Shown: positions 49,916 to 60,195 of the stretch, piece by piece | How the letters are laid out: every line of letters begins with the position of its first letter | Position numbering within the stretch: position 1 is the stretch's first letter | Assembly: GCA_963731995.1 (NCBI GenBank) | Contig: CAVSXV010000013.1 | Location: 121,165 to 185,164, forward strand | Length of the DNA: 64,000 bases | From: an uncultured Chloroflexia bacterium | GTDB lineage: Bacteria > Chloroflexota > Limnocylindria > Limnocylindrales > CSP1-4 | Reading direction: 5' to 3' | Notes under the pieces: generated by a model | Told to the model about the DNA's origin: nothing | Databases searched by the model: none | Seen by the model: only the letters and a program-made list of their open reading frames with translations | Position numbers and translations under genes: made by a program

Positions 49916-50902
49916 TCAGCCGCTCTCCATGCCCAAGCGCACGCGCGGGTCGACGATGACATACACGATGTCGATGACGAAGTTGGCCAGCAGCACCCCG
50001 ATGACCACGAACAGGAAGATGCCCTGGAGCAGGAAGTAGTCCTGGTTGATGATGGCCTGGTAGCTGTACCAGCCGAGGCCCGGATAGCTGAAGACGACCT
50101 CGGTGACGAGGGCGCCGGTGACGATGACGCCGAGCTGCAGGGCCAGGCCCGTGAGCTGGGGCAGGCGCGCGTTCTTGTAGGCGTAGCTGCGGATGAGCTT
50201 GTCGGGTGCGCCAAGCGAGCTGAGGTAGCGGCTGTAGTCCGCATCGAGCTCGTAGATGATGAGGTTGCGCATGCCGATGGCCCAGCCGCCGAAACCGACG
50301 AGGAAGAGCGACAGGAACGGCAGGAACCAGTGGTGCAGCAGGGAGCCTGCGAACCCGGGCGTCAGTGCGGGCGCCAGATTGAAGCCGTAGGCGCCGGCGA
50401 TGGGGAAGATCTGGAAGACCGAGCCCAGCACCCAGGCGAGCAGGATGGCCAGCCACATGTAGGGCGTCGCGGTGAGGATGTAGCCCAGCGGCAGCACGGC
50501 CCCATCGAGCCAGCGCTTGCGCGCCGCGAAGGCGCCGAACTTGTTGCCCGCCCAGAAGGCGAGCGTGACGGCAGGGATCAGCAGGGCCAACGTGTATGGC
50601 AACGCGTCCCTGATCACACGCGTGACCGGTTGTGGGAAGAGCCAGATGCTGACGCCCAGGTCGCCCTGCAGGAGCGAGGTCCAGAAGTTGAGGTATTGCT
50701 GCCAGACAGGCAGGTCCAGCCCGAAGGCGCCGTTGAAGTAGTCCATCATCGCCGCGGCCGCCTCTGGCTGGGCGGCCACCCGCGAGATCATGCTGGTCAC
50801 CGGATCGCCCGGAGCGAAGCGCGGGATGAGCCAGTCGATCGTCACGGCCACGAAGAAGGTGACGAGGTAGAAGAGCAGCTTGCGGGCGAAGTAGCGGCGC
50901 AA
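49916..50902 (-). CDS. Opp/Dpp-type ABC permease (OppB-like)
   Basis: PRFAPGDP, GDLGVS, EVVFSYPGLG, DYFLLQG, VDPRVR. Confidence 0.9.
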   Translation of the reverse strand: MRRYFARKLLFYLVTFFVAVTIDWLIPRFAPGDPVTSMISRVAAQPEAAAAMMDYFNGAFGLDLPVWQQYLNFWTSLLQGDLGVSIWLFPQPVTRVIRDALPYTLALLIPAVTLAFWAGNKFGAFAARKRWLDGAVLPLGYILTATPYMWLAILLAWVLGSVFQIFPIAGAYGFNLAPALTPGFAGSLLHHWFLPFLSLFLVGFGGWAIGMRNLIIYELDADYSRYLSSLGAPDKLIRSYAYKNARLPQLTGLALQLGVIVTGALVTEVVFSYPGLGWYSYQAIINQDYFLLQGIFLFVVIGVLLANFVIDIVYVIVDPRVRLGMESG

Positions 50903-50926
50903 GGAACCTCCGGATCGGGCTCATGC

Positions 50927-50964
50927 GCTGCCCCTCCCCTGGCTCGAGCCAGGTGAGGGGCAGC
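50927..50964 (-). terminator. Intercistronic stem-loop after the binding-protein gene
   Basis: GCTGCCCCTCCCCTGGC-TCGA-GCCAGGTGAGGGGCAGC, 17-bp stem with one mismatch. Confidence 0.65.
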
Positions 50965-50987
50965 CGGTTTCGAGGGTCGGGCCTGGC

Positions 50988-52694
50988 CTACTCGGTGGCC
51001 GCCAGCTCGAGTGCGTCGAGCCAGCGCATGCCGCCCATCTGCCAGTAGCCGCCCCAGGTGACGGGGATGTAGTGGTTCCCGTCGGCGGAGGGCCAGTTGG
51101 CCCAAACGGCATCGCTCATCTGCGCCCACGCCCCGTTGTACCAGAGCGGGATGATGGGCAGGTCGGTGAGGCTGATGGTCTGGAGCTGCGAGGTGATCGC
51201 CTGCATGCCCTCGATGTCGTCCACCGGGGTCAGGTCGAGCTGCTGCACGAGGTCATAGGCCTCTGCGTTCTCGTAGCGAGCGAAGTTGTCGGTGTTCTGG
51301 CTATCGAGGATGGGCAGCCGGAACATGTAGTTGTAGTAGTCCCAAGGCGTGTTGCTGAGCTGCTTGTCGTTGACGATGGCGAGGTCGAAGTTGCCGCTGT
51401 GGATCTGGTCCGTGCGGGCGTTGTAGTCGGGGAACGCGGTGTGGACCTTGATGCCCGCAGCACCGGCGCTGTCGGCCACGACGCGGATCGATTCCATCCA
51501 GTCGGTCCAGCCGTTGGGCACGATGATCTCGAGGTCGATGGGCGAGCCATCCTTGTTCTCGACGAAGCCGTCGCCGTCGACATCGACGTAGCCGGCGTCG
51601 GCGAGCATCTGCTTGGCCGCGTCGGTGTCATAGCTGAAGCCGAGCTCGTCGACGACATCCTGGTCGACGAACTGCTCCCAGGTCGGAAGCAGGCCCGTCG
51701 GGCTGGCAGCCTTGACGATGTTGCCGTAGACGACGTTGACGATGGTGGGCACGTCGATCGAGGCGGCCAGGGCGTGGCGGAAGGCCGGGTCGTCGAGCGG
51801 CTGCTCGGTGGTGTCCATGGCCAGCCAGGCCGTGTTGGCCGAGAGCATGTACGGAGCTTCGGGATAGTAGGTGTGGATGCCATACCCACCGTCGACCAGG
51901 GTGGCCACGCCGGGCAGGAAGTTGTTCGACAGGTCGAGACCGCCCTGCAGCACGAGGCCGAGCGCCACGTTGTTGCTGCCGTTGACGATGTCCACGATGT
52001 AGGTCGGCTTGGGGTCGAGGCCGAGGGCGTCGGTGCCCCACCAGCCGTCACGCTTCTGCCACACCATGCGGCTGGGATCATGCGTCAGGTACTGGTACGG
52101 ACCGGTGCCGATGGGCGCGGGGTCAGGGCCGTTGGCGCCCATGATCTCTTCCTCGGACTTCTGAGACCAGATGTGCTCCGGGAGGACCGGCCGGTTGTAG
52201 ATGAAGTTGCCCCACTGCTGGTGCTGCGGCGAGGCGAAGTTCACCTGCACGGTGAGGTCGTCGACAGCCTCGACCGAGTCGAGGAAGTTCCAGATGCCGC
52301 TGTAGGGCACCTGCGGCAGCTTGCCCAGCTCGATGGTATAGACCACGTCATCGCTGGTCAGCGGCTCGCCGTCCGCCCAGGTGATGCCATCTCGCAGCTT
52401 GATGGTGTACTGGGTGTCACTGGTCCACTCGCCGGACTCGGCCAGCCAGGGCAGGTACTCGTTGGTCAGCGGGTCGTAGTCGAAGAGCGGTTCATAGACC
52501 AACCCGAACGTGCCCATGGCGAAGTTCCAGTCGGTGATCGGATTCCAGTCGCTGGGCGCGCCCCACTGGGTGCCGCTGGTGTAGAGCGTCTCGTTGCGCG
52601 GGTACTCGGTCGGCTGGGCCGCCGCCGGGGCCACCGCGGCGAGCGTGAGTGCCGCGGCGGCGGCCAGGCTCACGAACCGTGTGCGGTTCTTCAT
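50988..52694 (-). CDS. Family-5 (OppA-type) substrate-binding protein, probably for beta-linked oligosaccharides
   Basis: Signal peptide; YEPLF, LRDGITWADGEPLTSDDVVYT, IGTGPY; VPNGWTDW motif as in sugar-binding Thermotoga-type OppA homologues; operon ends in GH1. Confidence 0.85.
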   Translation of the reverse strand: MKNRTRFVSLAAAAALTLAAVAPAAAQPTEYPRNETLYTSGTQWGAPSDWNPITDWNFAMGTFGLVYEPLFDYDPLTNEYLPWLAESGEWTSDTQYTIKLRDGITWADGEPLTSDDVVYTIELGKLPQVPYSGIWNFLDSVEAVDDLTVQVNFASPQHQQWGNFIYNRPVLPEHIWSQKSEEEIMGANGPDPAPIGTGPYQYLTHDPSRMVWQKRDGWWGTDALGLDPKPTYIVDIVNGSNNVALGLVLQGGLDLSNNFLPGVATLVDGGYGIHTYYPEAPYMLSANTAWLAMDTTEQPLDDPAFRHALAASIDVPTIVNVVYGNIVKAASPTGLLPTWEQFVDQDVVDELGFSYDTDAAKQMLADAGYVDVDGDGFVENKDGSPIDLEIIVPNGWTDWMESIRVVADSAGAAGIKVHTAFPDYNARTDQIHSGNFDLAIVNDKQLSNTPWDYYNYMFRLPILDSQNTDNFARYENAEAYDLVQQLDLTPVDDIEGMQAITSQLQTISLTDLPIIPLWYNGAWAQMSDAVWANWPSADGNHYIPVTWGGYWQMGGMRWLDALELAATE

Positions 52695-52791
52695 TTGCTG
52701 ATCACTCCTCCTGATCGGTCGCATACACGAAAGTGGCTACGTTCATGGTTCGACTCTTCCTGTGGGCAGTCCTCCTTCTCCGTCCGTCCTG

Positions 52792-53818
52792 CTATCGCGT
52801 GGTGGCTGGGCTTCTGGTCAGGGAGCCGACCGTGGACTGGCGGATGAGCAGCTCGGTCGGCAGGATCACGCGCTGGGGCAGCGCATCGGGATCGCTGAGC
52901 AGCCGGAACAGCGTATGTGCGGCCTCCAGGCCCAGCAGACGCGTGTCCTGACGCATGGTGGTGAGCGGAGGATCGGACTCGCTCGCCTCGACCACGTCGT
53001 CGAAACCGGCCACGGCGACGTCCTGCGGGCACGCGGATGCCGCGCCGCCGGAGCTCCTGGAGGCGCCCAGCGCCATCGTGTCGCTGGCCGCGAAGATGGC
53101 ATCGACGCCAGCTTCGAGCAACACGCCCGCTCCGTCGACTCCCGACTGGGTCAGATAGTCGCCACGATGGACGAGCCCATCGGTGCTGAGGCCCGCCCGG
53201 TGCATGGCCCGGAGGTAGCCGGTCAGGCGCTCCTCCGCGGAGGTGCCTCCCGGACGCCCGGCGATATGGCCGATGCGCCTGCGCCCGAGAGAGATGAGGT
53301 GATCGACGACCTGCTCCGCGGCGCGCTCGTTGTGGATGTCGACATAGCTCGCCGAACGGTCCTTGTGGCGGTGGCCGATGAGCACGGTCGGGAGGTCGGA
53401 GGCGACGAGACCATCGACCAGCGGATCATCGAGCGTATCGGCGGTCACCAGCAGGCCGTCGAAGAGGCGCATGCCCAGGATGCGCTCGAGCGTCTGCTCC
53501 TTCGAGAGGTTGGCCAGCCAGAGCATCATGCCCGCCTCACGCTCGGCGAGGCCTTCGCTGATGACCGTGGAACAGGCCCGAGAAGAAGATGTCCTGGAAG
53601 AGGACCTCGGGCGGAACATGGATGACCACGCCGACCACGCCCGATCGGCCAGAGGCGAGGGTGCGGGCCGCGAGGTTGGGCCGGTAGCCGGTCTGTTCCA
53701 TGGCCGCGAGGACACGCTGGCGGGTGTCTTCCGAGACCGAGCCGCCGTTGAGCACGCGGGAGACGGTGGAGCGTGAGACGCCACTGATGGCAGCGACATC
53801 CTCCAGCTTTCCGGCCAT
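52792..53818 (-). CDS. LacI family regulator, CelR/CebR-like (three apparent single-base indels)
   Basis: N-terminus KLEDVAAISGVSRSTVSRVLN...ARTLA in one frame; continues ISEGLAERE... after a shift at about 53564; compensating indels near 53062 and 53027 garble ALQELRRRGIRVP; C-terminus DVAVAGFDD, PPLTTMRQ. Confidence 0.85.
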
Positions 53819-53872
53819 ACCCCGGTCGCCCTCCTCGTTGTCGGCCCCCGACGCCTCCCTGCGCCTCCCTGA

Positions 53873-53886
53873 TGGGAGCGCTCCCA
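53873..53886. promoter_or_regulatory. CelR/CebR box
   Basis: Exact TGGGAGCGCTCCCA palindrome, the known Thermobifida CelR / Streptomyces CebR operator. Confidence 0.85.
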
Positions 53887-53950
53887 CTATGCATCACCAG
53901 TCAAGCGTATGCAAGCGTGCCAAGCGCGGTGGTGGCGTGCGAGAATGATG

Positions 53951-53964
53951 CGGGAGCGCTCCCA
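53951..53964. promoter_or_regulatory. Second CelR/CebR box
   Basis: CGGGAGCGCTCCCA (13/14) upstream of the GH130 gene. Confidence 0.8.
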
Positions 53965-54018
53965 GCACCAGCATGAGTGAAGAGCCCGCAAGCGTGCTTC
54001 CGAGGAGGACCTGAGACC

Positions 54019-54990
54019 ATGACAGCGCAGGCGCCGATGCCCTGGGAGGACCGCCCCGCAGGCGCGAGCGGCCCGATGTGGCGCAACAGCGGCAACCCCA
54101 TCATCGGGCGGGATCTGCTGCCCCGGTCGAACAGCATCTTCAACTCCGCAGTCGTGCCCTTCGACGGTGCCTACGCGGGCGTCTTCCGCGTCGATGACAT
54201 GACGCGCACCATGAACATCCATGCCGGCCGCTCGGCCGACGGGGTGACCTGGCAGATCGACGAGGAGCCCATCGTCTTCAAGGCGGCGGACGAGAAGACG
54301 AAGCACATCCAGGAGCGCTTCGTCCACGCGTACGACCCACGGGTGACCCCGATCGAGGACCGCTACTGGGTCAGCTGGTGCAACAGCTACAACGGCCACG
54401 GTCCCACCATCGGCCTCGGCTGGACGAACGACTTCCGGGAGTTCACCCAGGTCGAGAACGCGTTCCTGCCCTTCAATCGCAACGGCGTGCTCTTCCCGCG
54501 CAAGGTCGATGGCGTCTACGCCATGTTCAGCCGACCCTCCGACGACGGACACACGCCCTTCGGCGACATCTACTACTCCGAGAGCCCGGACATGATCCAC
54601 TGGGGCCGCCATCGTCACGTGATGTCGCCGATCAGCTGGACCTGGCAGGGCACCAAGATCGGCGCCGGGCCGACGCCCATCGAGACCGACGAGGGCTGGC
54701 TGCTGCTGTACCACGGCGTGCTCACGAGCTGCAACGGCTTCGTCTACTCCATGGGCGTGGCGTTGATGGACCTCGACGAGCCCTGGAGGGTCATCGCCCG
54801 TTCCGACGACTACGTGCTCGCGCCGCACGCGCCCTATGAGCAGGTCGGTGACGTGCCGAACGTCTTCTTCCCCTGCGCCGCGTTGACCGACGGCGACCGT
54901 ATCAGCGTCTACTACGGAGCCGCCGACACCGTCACGGGCCTGGCCCACGGCCACATCAGCGACCTCATCGCCTTCGCCCGCGAGCGCTGA
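54019..54990 (+). CDS. GH130 beta-1,4-mannooligosaccharide phosphorylase-like enzyme
   Basis: [70 protein letters not shown]; resembles subfamily GH130_2 (RaMP2/UhgbMP). Confidence 0.9.
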   Translation: MTAQAPMPWEDRPAGASGPMWRNSGNPIIGRDLLPRSNSIFNSAVVPFDGAYAGVFRVDDMTRTMNIHAGRSADGVTWQIDEEPIVFKAADEKTKHIQERFVHAYDPRVTPIEDRYWVSWCNSYNGHGPTIGLGWTNDFREFTQVENAFLPFNRNGVLFPRKVDGVYAMFSRPSDDGHTPFGDIYYSESPDMIHWGRHRHVMSPISWTWQGTKIGAGPTPIETDEGWLLLYHGVLTSCNGFVYSMGVALMDLDEPWRVIARSDDYVLAPHAPYEQVGDVPNVFFPCAALTDGDRISVYYGAADTVTGLAHGHISDLIAFARER

Positions 54991-55081
54991 GCCGCCCACC
55001 CGCGCGAGCCCTGTCCAGCCGGCGAGCCAGCTCGCTCGGGGGCCACCGATGATCGGTCGACCACGAGCTGGCGGGAGGACT

Positions 55082-55261
55082 TGGTCAGATGGCCCGCCAG
55101 GTGGCCGTAGCCAGATGCCGGCACGCGTGCCGGTGCTCATCGGCCCCACGGCACGCCCGCGCGCGAGTGGATCATGCTCATGGCACCTGGTTCCCGTGCC
55201 AGTTTGGCGGGCGGGCAGCCGTGCCCTCCCGTCCACGGCCACGTGCGGGGCCATCTGACCA
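55082..55261. other. 180-bp element bounded by 27-bp inverted repeats (MITE-like element or structured ncRNA)
   Basis: 55082-55108 versus reverse complement of 55235-55261 match 24/27 ungapped; inner arms CACGGC..GCCCGC/GCGGGC.GCCGTG; palindrome CCGGCACGCGTGCCGG at 55118-55133. Confidence 0.55.
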
Positions 55262-55321
55262 GTGGGTGGGCGGGGTCCGAGACTCGAACCAGCATTGGCG
55301 CGCGTTTCCATGCGCTCCGGG

Positions 55322-55361
55322 TTGACAGCGGGGGTAACTACATCTACTGTAGATGTAGTTA
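55322..55361 (+). promoter_or_regulatory. Sigma70-type promoter overlapped by an Rrf2 operator
   Basis: TTGACA (55322-55327)-17 bp-TACTGT (55345-55350); perfect 13-1-13 palindrome TAACTACATCTAC-T-GTAGATGTAGTTA at 55335-55361. Confidence 0.85.
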
Positions 55362-55380
55362 TGGTAGAACCTGAACGGCC

Positions 55381-55800
55381 ATGAGCTACTCCCTGGGTGT
55401 GTGGCAGGCACTGCTCGCGACCGTCTTCGTGGCCGACAAGGTCCGCGCCGGTGACTTCGAGTTCGTACCGACGAGCCGACTGTCCGAAGATCTGGCCATC
55501 CCCGCACCGAGCCTCTCGCGCTTGCTCCGAGCACTCAGCGGTGCCGGGATCATCGAGACACGGGAGGGTGCCCGAGGTGGTGTGCGCCTCGCGAGAGATC
55601 CATCGACGGTGACCCTGCTCGACGTGATCGACGCCATCGATGGCGAGATGCCGTTGTTCCGCACCGATGCGACGCCGCGGATTCGCGGGCGCATCGCCAA
55701 GCGACGGCAGCAGGCCTTGCGCGACGCGCTCGGCGACGCTGGCCAGTCGATGCGCGAGAGCCTGAGGGAGGTGACGATCGAGTCGATCTCCCAGCGCTGA
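55381..55800 (+). CDS. Rrf2 family transcriptional regulator (no cysteines)
   Basis: L...L..AGIIETREGARGGVRLARDPSTVTLLDVIDAIDG is the Rrf2 signature. Confidence 0.9.
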   Translation: MSYSLGVWQALLATVFVADKVRAGDFEFVPTSRLSEDLAIPAPSLSRLLRALSGAGIIETREGARGGVRLARDPSTVTLLDVIDAIDGEMPLFRTDATPRIRGRIAKRRQQALRDALGDAGQSMRESLREVTIESISQR

Positions 55801-55857
55801 GACTCCTGCCGACCAACTGGCGCTCCGGTGTACCCGGGAGCGTCAATCGTCATCCCT

Positions 55858-55884
55858 TAACTACATCAACTACAGATGCTGTTT
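55858..55884. promoter_or_regulatory. Second, degenerate Rrf2 operator
   Basis: TAACTACATCAAC-T-ACAGATGCTGTTT, 21/27 identical to the perfect site, upstream of the next gene. Confidence 0.75.
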
Positions 55885-55901
55885 ATACCACGGAGACGAA
55901 C

Positions 55902-56343
55902 ATGATCCTCAAGTCCGACGCTCTACCTCATCGCCGCGTTCCAGCTCGGCCTGGGCGTGCTCTTCCTGCTGCCGGGCGTCTTCGCCGATCTGATGGGGCT
56001 CGAGCAGGCGCCGCCATGGACCGCCTGGTTGTTCGCGATGTTCGGTGCCCGAGCTATCGGCTTCGGCTACGGCATGGTGCTTGCGGCTCGGGACCCGTTC
56101 GCCAATCGCAGCTGGATCGTGGCCATGGTCGCGGTCCAAGGCATCGACTGGCTGGCCACGCTGGTCTATCTCGCCACGGGCGCGGTGACCCTGGCCCAGG
56201 TGACGACGGCAGCGTTCGTGCCGCTCTTCTTCATCGTCGTGCTGACACGCCATCTGTTCGCGAGCCCGACGCGTGACGCTCGAGCGGACGCTCTGGCGAG
56301 CGAGCGGAGCGCGACCTCGACGACGCCTCCCGAGTCGCGCTGA
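55902..56343 (+). CDS. Small four-TM membrane protein (DUF4267-like; apparent 1-bp insertion near 55916)
   Basis: GGAG RBS then ATG 55902. Removing one base gives [24 protein letters not shown] joined to the 55957-56343 frame (FGARAIG...QGIDW). Confidence 0.7.
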
Positions 56344-56530
56344 TCATGCCGGGCGACGGCATCCCGGGCGACGGCATCCCTGGCGACCCGAGCTCGTGCA
56401 TATGTTTGCAGCAGCCGATTTGCTACGATGGTCAGATACCCGCCGCGCAGGCGTACGGGGCTCGTCCAGCAGGCCATTCGGTCGGCAGATGCAAGGGCCC
56501 GCGACCTGTCGGAGGAGGAGGTATGCCGGT

Positions 56531-57703
<1,173 letters not shown>

Positions 57704-57742
57704 ACCTATCCTCGGCCGGACCCTCCGGCCATGCACACCACG

Positions 57743-57776
57743 AGGCGCCTCGCCCAGCAGGGTGAGGCGCCTTTCG
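57743..57776 (+). terminator. Intrinsic terminator after msiK
   Basis: Stem AGGCGCCTCGCCC-AGCA-GGGTGAGGCGCCT followed by TTCGATT. Confidence 0.6.
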
Positions 57777-57801
57777 ATTCGTGAGGCGCTACCGTGGGCA
57801 C

Positions 57802-59292
57802 GTGAACGACGAGCTGCTCATGGGCGTGGATATCGGCACGTCCTACTCGAAAGGCGTGCTCACCACGCTCGACGGAGCGATCGTGGCTCGGGCGGACCGG
57901 GCCCACGACGTCTCGATGCCGCATCCGGGCTGGGCCGAGCACGACGCCGACGCGGTCTGGTGGTCCGACCTCTGCGCCATCACCCGCGAGCTGGTCACGG
58001 CAGCCGGCAGTGCGCGAGTCCGGGCGCTCGGCGTCAGCGGCCTCGGACCCTCATTCCTGCCCCTCGACGAGGCCGATCGCCCGCTACGTCCGGCCATCCT
58101 CTACGGCATCGACACGCGCGCCAGCCTCGAGATCGACGAGCTCACCGAGCGCTACGGGGCCGAGCGAGTCCTCGAGCGCTGCGGGGCGGCCATCACCAGC
58201 CAATCGGTGGGACCCAAGGCCCTGTGGGTGCGCCGTCACGAGCCCGAGACCTGGAACAGGACCCGACGCTTCGGCATGGTCGCCTCGTATCTCGTCCTGC
58301 GGCTGACCGGCGAGTACACGCTCGACCATGTCTCGGCCAGCCTGTGCCAGCCGCTGTACGACATCGAGGCACGCGAGTGGATCCCCGAGTGGGCACAGGA
58401 GGTGGCTCCCGGCCTGGAGCTCCCCGAGCTGCGCTGGGCCACGGAGCCTGCCGGCGTCCTCGACGCGGGTGCAGCGGCAGACACGGGCCTGCCCGCGGGC
58501 ATCCCGGTCTCGGTCGGCACCATCGATGCCTGGGCCGAAGCGACCAGCGCGGGTGTGCGCCGGCCCGGCGAGGCCATGCTCATGTACGGCACGGCCCTGA
58601 CGCTGGTGCAGATGCTGGCACCCTTCCGCCCACTGGCCTCGATGTGGGGATGTGCCGGCGCGCTGCCGGAGACCTGGACCCTGGCCGGCGGCGTGACCAC
58701 CAGCGGCGCCCTGACCAAGTGGGTGCGCCGCCTCGTGGGTGACGTGCCCTACGAGACGCTGCTCGAGGAGGCCGGCGCGATCCGGCCGGGCAGCGATGGC
58801 CTCCTGCTGCTCCCCTACTTCAGCGGCGAGCGTAACCCGTTCTACGACCCTGACGCCCGCGGCGTCATCGCCGGCCTCACGCTGAGCCACGGCCGTGGCC
58901 ACCTCTACCGGGCCGTGCTCGAGGGCTCCGCGTTGGGCGTCCGCCACATGCTCGAGGCCATGGCCGAGGCCGGCCACGTCCCACAACGCCTGGTGGCGGT
59001 CGGTGGCGGCACGAGAGGACTCCTTTGGCCACGCATCGTCAGCGACGTCACTGGCCGCACCCAGCAACTACCGCACGAGACGATCGGCGCCAGCTACGGG
59101 GACGCCTGGCTGGCAGGCGTGGCCGCGGGCCTGATCGACGAGGCCAGCGACTGGGCACGCATCGGGGCCAGCATCGAGCCCGATACCGCGACGCGCGCTG
59201 CCTACGACGAACTGTATGCGTCATTCCGTGAGCTGTATCCGGCCACGAAGGCGGTCGTGCATGACCTCGTGGCGAGGACGAGGGAGGCCTAG
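57802..59292 (+). CDS. FGGY family carbohydrate kinase
   Basis: GVDIGTSYSK, RPAILYGIDTRA, GTIDAWAE, MYGT, LPYFSGER.P..DPDARG, VGGGT. Confidence 0.88.
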   Translation: MNDELLMGVDIGTSYSKGVLTTLDGAIVARADRAHDVSMPHPGWAEHDADAVWWSDLCAITRELVTAAGSARVRALGVSGLGPSFLPLDEADRPLRPAILYGIDTRASLEIDELTERYGAERVLERCGAAITSQSVGPKALWVRRHEPETWNRTRRFGMVASYLVLRLTGEYTLDHVSASLCQPLYDIEAREWIPEWAQEVAPGLELPELRWATEPAGVLDAGAAADTGLPAGIPVSVGTIDAWAEATSAGVRRPGEAMLMYGTALTLVQMLAPFRPLASMWGCAGALPETWTLAGGVTTSGALTKWVRRLVGDVPYETLLEEAGAIRPGSDGLLLLPYFSGERNPFYDPDARGVIAGLTLSHGRGHLYRAVLEGSALGVRHMLEAMAEAGHVPQRLVAVGGGTRGLLWPRIVSDVTGRTQQLPHETIGASYGDAWLAGVAAGLIDEASDWARIGASIEPDTATRAAYDELYASFRELYPATKAVVHDLVARTREA

Positions 59293-60195
59293 TCCAGCGG
59301 CGGGACCGACTTCCACAGTGAGAGGTCCAGGTCCGGCATGATCTCGCGCAGGCGGCGCGCGTCGTCGGCGTAGTACCCGCCCAGCCACTCGCGTGAGGAG
59401 TCGGGCAGCGTGACGTGCTCCGTGGCTCTCTTGCGTGCCCGGGCGATCTCCTGCACCGAGGCGTTCTGGCCACGCAGCCCGAGGAACTCGTACGTGCGGT
59501 CGAGCTGGGCCTGGGTATCGGCCACGCAGGCCTCGTACTGCAGCAGCAGCAACTGCTCGCGTGGGAAGTGCTCCAGCCACCACGCGAGCTGCGTGGCGTA
59601 GCGACTTCGATCCATGGCCTCCACCACACGGTGCTCGCGAGTGCCCAGCTCGCCGGCGCCGACCTCGCCCTTGAGCGCACCGGCCCGCTTGAGCAGGCCC
59701 AGGTTCGAGATGTAGCGCTCGACCGGGTCGCGCATGAGCACGATGAGCTTCGCCTCGGGAGCCACGTATCGGAGCATCGGGGCGACCCAGGGCTGGTACA
59801 GGTAGCCGGGCGTCTTCTCACCGACGAGGCTGCCTCCGCGGCCGCGGGAAGTAGCGCTTGTAGCGCTCGAACTGCGACTCGCTCGGCCAGCGGTCCCAGA
59901 AGTGGTCGAAGTAGTGCAGCTCGCGGCGCTGGCGGTGCGGGCGGTGGATCTCGAGGTGGCCCTCCAGCAGGCCCTGCCACCAGGTCGTGCCCGACTTCTG
60001 GGCGCCGATGATGACGAAGTCCGGCGGTCCTGTCTGCCAGTCGGGTGGCGCGTCCGGCGGTGGCTGCAGCTGGTCGTAGCGAGAGCGGACGGCACCGCCC
60101 GTGGGCGCATCCGACCGCCCCAGCGGCGTCGCACGGATGCCCTTGACGATGGCCCGCTTCCAGGCCGCTGGTCGCTTCTTCGTCTTCTTGCTCAT
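59289..60195 (-). CDS. PAPS-dependent sulfotransferase (frameshift near 59839)
   Basis: 5'-PSB PDFVIIGAQKSGTTW and ELHYFD in the 59818-60195 frame; GEKTPGY and 3'-PB LIVLMRDPVERYIS, SRYATQL in the 59289 frame. Confidence 0.85.

Noticed and set aside
55262-55295. GGTTCGAGTC on the minus strand resembling a tRNA T-loop or att site
   Set aside because: Flanking T-stem does not pair properly and no acceptor, D or anticodon arms can be built.
56349-56387. 15-bp tandem repeat CCGGGCGACGGCATC x2.6
   Set aside because: No spacers and too short for CRISPR; simple slippage repeat.
59818-59860. Programmed ribosomal frameshifting in the sulfotransferase or other split genes
   Set aside because: No slippery sequence; several similar indels elsewhere point to consensus error.
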